Assembly (NCBI GenBank): GCA_963769935.1
Contig: CAVYNY010000016.1
Coordinates: 128,001-192,000, forward strand
Reading direction: 5' to 3'
Source: an uncultured delta proteobacterium
GTDB taxonomy: Bacteria; Desulfobacterota; Desulfobacteria; Desulfobacterales; JAFDCJ01
DNA: 64,000 nucleotides
Shown: positions 59,224-64,000 of the stretch, in pieces
How the letters are laid out: each line of letters begins with the position of its first letter
Numbering within the stretch: the stretch's first letter is position 1
Position numbers and translations under genes: made by a program
The notes under the pieces: generated by a model
Seen by the model: only the letters and a program-made list of their open reading frames with translations
What the model was told of the DNA's origin: nothing
Databases searched by the model: none

Positions 59224-59362
59224 CCCCCGGCCGGGCGATATTTGTCGGCTGCGAAATTTCCGGATTCCTGCCTTTTTAGCAATGACGGTCTGTGTTGCGG
59301 AAATCTCCCCGACAACTCATCTATTCTTTGCGCTTTTCCAGGCTGATTTTGCGCGATCGGGG

Positions 59363-60220
59363 TCAAGCCGACATGCTGTAATAAACCGCCGTGGAAACGG
59401 CCCAGATAAGCACGGCAATCGTCGCGACGGCGCAGGCACCGGCCAGCATTTTGTGAAAAAGGTTTTCCCTTTTTTTCTCCTGGTATCCCAGCAGGAAGCC
59501 CAGAACAATTCCGCCCAACATCCCGCCGGCATGGCCCCAGTTGTTAATCCCCGGCACCACCACCCCGAAGAGAAAGATGAGTACCGTCCACACGGCCACC
59601 TGCTTGTATAGGGCCCGCCCATATACGCCCCCGCGGCTTTTGCCGTAGTACAGGATGGCTCCTATCAGACCTAAAATCGCGGCCGATGCGCCGATGGTAA
59701 AGGCCACGCCGGCCAAATACGAAACCCAGAATCCGATAATCCCGCTCAGGGTATAAATCGCAAACATGCGATAGACCCCGTACTCCCGGTTGACGAGGGG
59801 CGCCAGCTGGTAGAAGGCGACCATGTTGAAAAATATGTGAAGTATCCCGCCGTGCAGGTAACTGGCCGATATCAGTGTCCAGAGACGATGATAGCGGGCA
59901 ATGGGAATGGTCCCGGTGGCTCCCAGCAGGAACAAGCTGTTGTTGGAAGGTGACAGAAAAGTCAGCGGGTTCATGGACAGGCCGGCGCCTCTGGGATTGA
60001 ACAGGATGGATATAATGTACATCCCCACGTTGATGGCGATAATGTATTTGACAGACTGCCCGGAATCACGAAAACCCGCGGTCCAAACGTTGTTCTTGTA
60101 CCACGATCCGGGTCTGGAGGTGCCGCAGTACGGGCATTTGGCCTCGGACGAGCTGATAAGTTTTCTGCAGTTGGGACAGAGAATGGATTGTCTTTGTCTT
60201 GAAGTCAATTGAGGTCGCAT
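59363..60220 (-). CDS. Rhomboid intramembrane serine protease with an N-terminal zinc ribbon
   Basis: CPNC..CPYC; YLHGG.LH..FN; GASAA; HAGG..GG. Confidence 0.92.
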   Translation of the reverse strand: MRPQLTSRQRQSILCPNCRKLISSSEAKCPYCGTSRPGSWYKNNVWTAGFRDSGQSVKYIIAINVGMYIISILFNPRGAGLSMNPLTFLSPSNNSLFLLGATGTIPIARYHRLWTLISASYLHGGILHIFFNMVAFYQLAPLVNREYGVYRMFAIYTLSGIIGFWVSYLAGVAFTIGASAAILGLIGAILYYGKSRGGVYGRALYKQVAVWTVLIFLFGVVVPGINNWGHAGGMLGGIVLGFLLGYQEKKRENLFHKMLAGACAVATIAVLIWAVSTAVYYSMSA

Positions 60221-60232
60221 CTTTTCACTCAG

Positions 60233-60556
60233 CTATTCGGACACCCATGATAACGAATCCGGGATCAGGGGACCACCTACCTTTTCCGAAAGTTTTTTCA
60301 GTGTCGATTGCAATTCCGACATCTTGGCTTCAATAGTCTGGCGGCTGGGAAACCAATCTGGCGGACAAGCACTTTTAAGCTGCTCCAACTCGTTGTCGAT
60401 TTCATCCATGATCGTGTGTAGACTCCGAATCGACGGGTAAACCGTTTCTTTTTCCCGGACGGGCAGTTTATCCACCACACGAATGACGCTGTAAATTTTT
60501 GCTTTCCATTCGGTCAACTGCCCTTCCAATTTATTGCAATAAGAAATCACGTCCAT
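60233..60556 (-). CDS. Hypothetical helical protein
   Basis: 107 aa; RBS GGAGGGAG; YC......L..WKAK.Y and CP.DW motifs. Confidence 0.7.
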   Translation of the reverse strand: MDVISYCNKLEGQLTEWKAKIYSVIRVVDKLPVREKETVYPSIRSLHTIMDEIDNELEQLKSACPPDWFPSRQTIEAKMSELQSTLKKLSEKVGGPLIPDSLSWVSE

Positions 60557-60925
60557 CTTCTGCTCCCTCCGGCTGCAGTCAAACCATCAGCCACGATTCC
60601 ACCGGACAACGTTTAATATGTCTCAGGGTGGCCGAGGAAGACCACCCTGATAAGGAGGTTGATAAGAATATTACCTAGCAGTTTTAAAACCGCATGATTT
60701 ACAATAATACCGATACCCGCATGGTCAAGGGTTCTGTTTCCAATTGACACTTGAAATCCTTTTCATTATGATAGCACATTGTAACATGCATGATCCCAAA
60801 CAACTCTTACCGGCAACCCCAAAAGCCTTCATTTTCTCGGAGGCGGACCGGCTCTTTTGCCTTTCGACGAACAGGTTGTCTGACGGGGTATTTCCGCCAA
60901 ACTTCCGTCAAATATCGAGGTGTAA

Positions 60926-61942
60926 GTGATTCAGGAAAAAAATGGCGACAGCCGGCGGCAAACGATTTTGAGTATCGTCGTCTTATCCACGCTGGTCGTT
61001 ATCGGAGCGGGGTTGATCATATCTCAGAGCCGTTACAACCCGGCGATTTTATCAAAAAATGAAATTTGGCCGTCGCCAGATGGGCAAAAACCACCTTCCC
61101 GGCCGTCTGTGCTTGAGGCATTCAGTCCCCTGCCGCAAGGTCTTGAGCCCCTCACGGCGCCGGAGACCTTTGAGGCCGACACGCTTTCGGATAAAATCGA
61201 CGGAAAAGCCGAGCTGTATTTGTCCGCAGGCTTCAACCGACTGCTCACTCAGCGTTTCAGGGATGAGCGTGCCCCCGATCGGTGGATCGAAACTTTTGTG
61301 TACGACATGGGCAACGGCCAAAACGCGTTTGCGGTGTTCAGCGCCCAGCGCCGCGAGAATGCCGAATCGCTGCAGTTGACCCAATATGCCTACCGGTCGC
61401 CCAATGCAATTTTTCTGGTTCATGGCCGATATTATCTTGAATTGATCGCATCGGAAGCGTCCGCTCAGGTGATGCAGCCCACGGAAATGCTGGCCGCGGC
61501 ATTCGTCCGCAACACGCCTGCCCCAAAAATCCACGATTGCCGAAAAGGACCTGTTCCCCCGCAGGATCTGGTAAAAGACAGCATCGCCTTGGTGGCAGCC
61601 GATGCATTTGGCTTTGATCGCCTGAATCAGGTATATACCGCAGAATACCGGTTGAATGGCGCCACCCTGATGGCTTATCTCTCCCGCCGCCAAACACCCG
61701 CAGATGCCGAAGCATTGGCCGTCGCCTACGATAAATTTCTATTGAACTTCGGCGGGCAGGCGCTCGAGCAGCAATTGCCGATCAAAAATGCCCGCCTGAT
61801 TGAGATTTTAGACACCTATGAGGTAATTTTTTCCTATGGCCCGTTTATGGCAGGTGTGCGGGAGGCGACCACCCCGGAGCAGGCCGTTAAACTGGCAGTT
61901 CAATTCCTCCATCAAATGCGCGAGGTAGCCGGTGAATTCTGA
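60926..61942 (+). CDS. Membrane-anchored periplasmic protein (DUF6599-like)
   Basis: N-terminal TM helix; LSDKIDGKAELYL.AGF, VYDMG....AF..FS; in an operon with DUF362. Confidence 0.7.
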   Translation: MIQEKNGDSRRQTILSIVVLSTLVVIGAGLIISQSRYNPAILSKNEIWPSPDGQKPPSRPSVLEAFSPLPQGLEPLTAPETFEADTLSDKIDGKAELYLSAGFNRLLTQRFRDERAPDRWIETFVYDMGNGQNAFAVFSAQRRENAESLQLTQYAYRSPNAIFLVHGRYYLELIASEASAQVMQPTEMLAAAFVRNTPAPKIHDCRKGPVPPQDLVKDSIALVAADAFGFDRLNQVYTAEYRLNGATLMAYLSRRQTPADAEALAVAYDKFLLNFGGQALEQQLPIKNARLIEILDTYEVIFSYGPFMAGVREATTPEQAVKLAVQFLHQMREVAGEF

Positions 61943-62925
61943 ACCGAACAAAAACGGTTTGAATCGACGCGAATTTCTGGCCCGCTCGGCCGGGGCCGGA
62001 ATCTCCGTAGCTGCGGCCTGTGCCGCCGGGCTGTGGTTTCATGATTCCAGAGGGCCCGCTTCGTCCGCCGCAACCCGGTCGGATACCGGCCTGCCGGATT
62101 TTTCAATGGGTGATCTGAATCCCAAAATGGCGATCGTCCGGGGCGCCGATCGGCGTACCGCCCTGAATTCGGCTCTAAAAGCGCTGGGCGGTATTGAATC
62201 CTTTGTCAAAAAAAATGATCGGGTTTTGCTCAAAGTCAATGCCGCGTTTGCATCTCCGCCCATGCTCTCGGCCACGACCCATCCGGATGTCGTCGCTGAA
62301 ATGAGCCGGCTTTGTCTACAGGCCGGAGCCGCATCGGTTGCGGTCACGGATAATCCCATCAATGATCCGAATAGTTGTTTCGCCTTAAGCGGAATTATGG
62401 AGGCCGCCCGCGGTGCGGGTGCCACCCTTATTTTGCCGGATCCGGACGCGTTCAGACCGCTTAGCGTTCCGAATGCCCGCTTGATTCGTCAGCTGGCCGG
62501 TTCTTTTAAAACCTTTTAAAAATGTTACCAGGGTCTTCGGTTTGGCCCCGGTTAAAGATCACCATCGCAGCGGTGCCTCACTGAGCATGAAGAATTGGTA
62601 CGGTCTGCTGGGAGGTCGGCGGAATATTTTCCACCAGGACATAAATACCATAATAGCCGAACTGGCTTTGATGGTTCGCCCGACGCTGGTGATCCTGGAC
62701 GGCACCACCAGCATGATGACCAACGGACCCACCGGCGGTTCTCTGTCGGATCTTAAACATACCAATACCATGATTGTCAGCACCGACCAGGTGGCGGCCG
62801 ACGCATTTGGGGCCACGCTGCTTGAAAAATCCGCCAGCGCGCTGCCGTACATCGGCAAAGCGGAAGCGGCCGGAGTCGGCAAGGCGGAATACCTGTCGTT
62901 GAAGCCGATGGAACTGTCGTTATGA
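61932..62925 (+). CDS. DUF362 family Tat-exported protein; frameshift near 62492
   Basis: NRREFL Tat motif; LGG...FV.K.DRVLLKVN, TTHP; continues in the next frame as PVKDHH....SLSMKNWYG. Confidence 0.85.
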
Positions 62926-64000
62926 AAATCGTAACCACCCGCCGAATCTGTCAGATTTTCTTTTTTTGCGTTTTCATCTGGTTTTGCATGGTCACCACCC
63001 TTGGGGATCAGTGGTGGCAACTGCGCGGCTGGCCCGTGAACTGGATCATTGACTTGGATCCATTGGTGGGCCTGGCGACCCTGCTGAGTACCCGCACCCT
63101 GTATGCCGGTCTGCTGTGGGGGCTTGCAACGGTTGTCCTGACCATCATCCTGGGCAGGTTCTTTTGCGGCTGGGTGTGCCCCTTCGGTGCCATCCACCAG
63201 TTTGTGGGGTTTGCCGCCCACCGCAAAAAATCAGTGGCCGCCAAAATAAAACTCAACCGCTATCGGCCGGCCCAAACCATAAAGTACTGGATTCTGATTT
63301 TCCTGCTGGCCATTTCAGCATTTGAATTGGCCGTTGATCTTATTCGGTCGCCTGCAACCAACCGGTGGCTTTGCGCGGTGCTGATATTAGCCGTCCTGGC
63401 GGCGGTCGTCATCCAGACCGTCCGCTATAACCGCCTGAACTTTAAAAGAGCCGCTATCGGGTTCCTGATCTTTACCGCCGTCTGGCTGCTGCTGAGCGCC
63501 GGCTTAAAAGACCACCAGACTTCCGTCGCAGCGCTTCAAATCGGTTTGCTGGACCCGATTCCGCTCGTCTATCGCTCGTTCAATCTAGTGATCCTGCCGG
63601 TCATCGAACAGGCCGCGCTCCAACTTTCGGCTGCCCCTCGCTTGTATGACGGCACCTGGTTGATCGCAGCGATATTTATCGGCGCCGTATTGTTGAATCT
63701 GGTAATACCGCGCTTTTACTGCCGATTCCTATGTCCGGCCGGCGCCCTGTTTGCGGTGCTGGGCCGCTTTTCCCTATGGCGAATCGGCAAAATCAGTGCT
63801 GAATGCGCCGAGTGTCACATATGTGAAAAGCACTGCGAGGGTGCCTGCAGCCCGACCAGCCGGATCAGATCCAGCGAGTGCGTGTTGTGTGTCAACTGCC
63901 TGAATGACTGCATGCACGGTTTGATGACATACCGGAACAGCCCCTCGGCCGCCGGCGAAATCCCGGGCCCGGATCTGTCCCGCCGGCATTTTTTGACGGC
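62922..64000 (+). CDS. Membrane 4Fe-4S binding protein (NapH/MauN-like polyferredoxin); 3' end beyond the window
   Basis: Manual translation from ATG 62922: GRFFCGWVCPFG, RFYCRFLCPAG, CAECHICEKHC, CVLCVNC. Confidence 0.88.
   Translation, partial: MKIVTTRRICQIFFFCVFIWFCMVTTLGDQWWQLRGWPVNWIIDLDPLVGLATLLSTRTLYAGLLWGLATVVLTIILGRFFCGWVCPFGAIHQFVGFAAHRKKSVAAKIKLNRYRPAQTIKYWILIFLLAISAFELAVDLIRSPATNRWLCAVLILAVLAAVVIQTVRYNRLNFKRAAIGFLIFTAVWLLLSAGLKDHQTSVAALQIGLLDPIPLVYRSFNLVILPVIEQAALQLSAAPRLYDGTWLIAAIFIGAVLLNLVIPRFYCRFLCPAGALFAVLGRFSLWRIGKISAECAECHICEKHCEGACSPTSRIRSSECVLCVNCLNDCMHGLMTYRNSPSAAGEIPGPDLSRRHFLT

Noticed and set aside
60628..60651. Hairpin TCAGGGTGG...CCACCCTGA upstream of the 60556 gene
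   Set aside because: A single isolated stem with no U-tract or other supporting motif.

Overview
Anaerobic deltaproteobacterial DNA, probably Desulfobacterota/Desulfobacterales (inferred from gene content), and likely from an error-prone long-read assembly: several conserved genes carry single-base indels. From left to right it holds part of a Wood-Ljungdahl cluster (acsB partial, cooS/acsA, acsD, RACo/acsV), an acetyl-CoA hydrolase-GNAT fusion, rmuC, an OYE-family flavoenzyme, a sigma54-driven pspF/pspABC locus, an NTase-TPM-LemA cluster, an SF2 helicase, a 4Fe-4S/TetR/acyl-CoA dehydrogenase/etfBA block, cspA, a CoxD/CoxE-like MoxR-VWA pair, a HAMP-PP2C phosphatase, a HAD/type II pantothenate kinase/MBL/Opp-ABC/metallophosphoesterase cluster, a TPP-riboswitch thiM-thiE-thiL-thiD operon, a rhomboid, and a DUF362/polyferredoxin cluster. 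The most striking item is an AT-rich 6.3 kb island (30562-36830). In it a SAM-I riboswitch with an intrinsic terminator sits upstream of an apparent three-gene operon: a minimal AT-ACP-KS-ACP polyketide synthase with divergent AT motifs, a core (half-size) MetE-family Zn thiol-alkyltransferase, and an atypical class B flavoprotein monooxygenase. The second candidate system is a putative CoA/phosphopantetheine scavenging cluster (45913-55292). Many intergenic gaps contain short-period tandem arrays or miniature inverted-repeat elements. No rRNA, tRNA, CRISPR array or transposase was seen. All calls come from motif reading; no database searches were run.
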